Shown here: one piece after another, positions 62,697-64,000 of the stretch
Layout of the letters: the number at the start of each line of letters is the position of its first letter
Position numbering within the stretch: position 1 is the first letter of the stretch
Assembly: GCA_963751345.1 (NCBI GenBank)
Contig: CAVVUS010000018.1
Location: 96,001 to 160,000 of the forward strand
Direction of reading: 5' to 3'
Length of the DNA stretch: 64,000 bases
Source: an uncultured Chloroflexia bacterium
Lineage (GTDB): Bacteria; Chloroflexota; Anaerolineae; B4-G1; SLSP01
The notes under the pieces: generated by a model
Told to the model about the DNA's origin: nothing
Databases searched by the model: none
Seen by the model: the letters and a program-made list of their open reading frames with translations, nothing else
Position numbers and translations under genes: made by a program

Positions 62697-64000
62697 ATGC
62701 GTATACCCCTATCGTGGCTAAACGACTACGTTGAGGTGGAGGATCTGGAGATCGAGGTCGCTGCGGCAGCGACTGGACCTTTCCGGACTCGAGGTGAAGA
62801 CCATTGACGTCATCGGGCATCCCGGTGCGGAGCTGCCCTGGGATCCCGAGAAGGTTATGACGGCGGAGGTACTGGCGGTCCGGCCGCACCCGAACGCCGA
62901 TCGACTGGTGCTGGCCGAGGTCAACTATGGCGGGGACGAGCATGAGATTGTCGTCACCGGTGCGCCCAGCTTGTACGCGCGAATGGGCGAGGAGGGCCTG
63001 CATCTCAAGGTTGCCTTCGCCTGGGAGGGTGCGGAGCTGTATGATGGGCACGCCGAAGGGTGGGCTAAGAGCCGGCTCAAGAAGACCACGATTCGAGGCG
63101 AGCCATCTCGCGCGATGGTCTGCTCGGAGAAGGAACTGGGGCTAACCGAGGCGGCGGCTGATATCATCTACCTGGAAGATGACACACCTGTGGGCGTGCC
63201 GCTGGTGGACGTGTTGGGGGATTACGTCCTCGACTTCGATATCAAGGGACCCTTCGGCCATCTGCAGTCGATCTACGGCATCGCCCGCGAGGTGTCCGCG
63301 CTCTACGGGCGGCCCCTCAAACGCGATGCGTCCAGTGCTATCCAGGCCTTGGGTTTGACGACGTCTGAAAACGTCGACTTCGTGGATCTGGAGATCGCGG
63401 ATCCGGACCTGTGTCCACGGTACACGGCGACGATGATCCGCAACGTCGAGATCAAGCCGTCTCCTTTGTGGATGCAGCTCCGGCTCCAGCGGGCAGGCAT
63501 GCGGCCGATCAGCAACATTGTCGACATCACCAACTACGTGATGTGGGAGCTCGGGCAGCCTCTTCATGCGTTCAACTACGCCCAAGTCCGCGCGATCCCC
63601 CGCCAGGGGAGGGATGGGGATCGGCCTACCATCGTCGTGCGCCGTGCGACAGAGGGCGAGCGGATGACCACGCTGGATGGGGAGCCGCGCGTGTTCGATG
63701 ATCAGATGCTGTTGATCACGGATGGTCAGGGCCCCGTGGGCATCGCCGGCGTCATGGGCGGTCTGGATAGCGAGGTGGGCGAGGAGACGAAGGACGTCCT
63801 GCTTGAGGCGGCCAACTTCAACTTCCTGAATATCCGCCGCACGAGTCAGCGGCTCAGGCTAAATACCGAGGCGTCGTCGCGCTTTGGCAAGCGGGTGGAC
63901 CCCGAGCTGGCGCTCCCGGCGGCAGCTCGGGCCGCGGAGTTGATGAAAGAGCTGGCCGGGGCCACGATCGATCCCGTCGTCGGCGATCTCTATCCGGGTA
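62697..64000 (+). CDS. pheT: Phenylalanyl-tRNA synthetase beta subunit (runs off the window; apparent 1-nt frameshift near 62757)
   Basis: MRIPLSWL start; LSGLEV, HPNADRL, NIVDITNYVMWELGQPLHAF and IAGVMGG in the following frame. Confidence 0.93.

Noticed and set aside
62740-62780. Programmed frameshift or pseudogene in pheT
   Set aside because: pheT is essential and there is no slippery sequence; a single extra base is best explained as a sequencing error.

Overview
High-GC bacterial chromosomal window, probably from an anaerobe such as Chloroflexota/Anaerolineae (inferred from gene content and the T-box riboswitches; not verified by search). It looks like an error-containing long-read assembly, because single-base frameshifts interrupt even the essential gene pheT. 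Layout: (1) 1-8.5 kb, sugar catabolism and repair genes (fucI, AlkA-like glycosylase, beta-propeller glycosidase, and a minus-strand cluster of URO-D-like, Gfo/Idh/MocA, FG-GAP and GH4 genes). (2) 8.7-27.8 kb, housekeeping genes (parB, SufR-like regulator, tig, clpP, ADP-forming acyl-CoA ligase, ECF transporter, yggS, yggT, aminotransferase, ung, uvrC, thrS with a Thr T-box). (3) 28.1-58.5 kb, an all-plus-strand catabolic island with a GntR regulator, a complete IS (13-bp TIRs, 9-bp TSD), GH29, GH116, DUF2961/GH172, GH2, three sulfatase-family proteins, esterases, ABC and MFS transporters, oxidoreductases and an aldolase. (4) 58.7-64 kb, tgt, map, DUF59, a Phe T-box, pheS and partial pheT. The most notable signal read directly from the DNA is that three TTGACA-N17-(-10) promoters in the island are each followed by an in-phase tandem heptamer array (T-N-A-Y-R-Y-N), a candidate GntR operator defining a local regulon. 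No CRISPR array, rRNA or tRNA gene was found.
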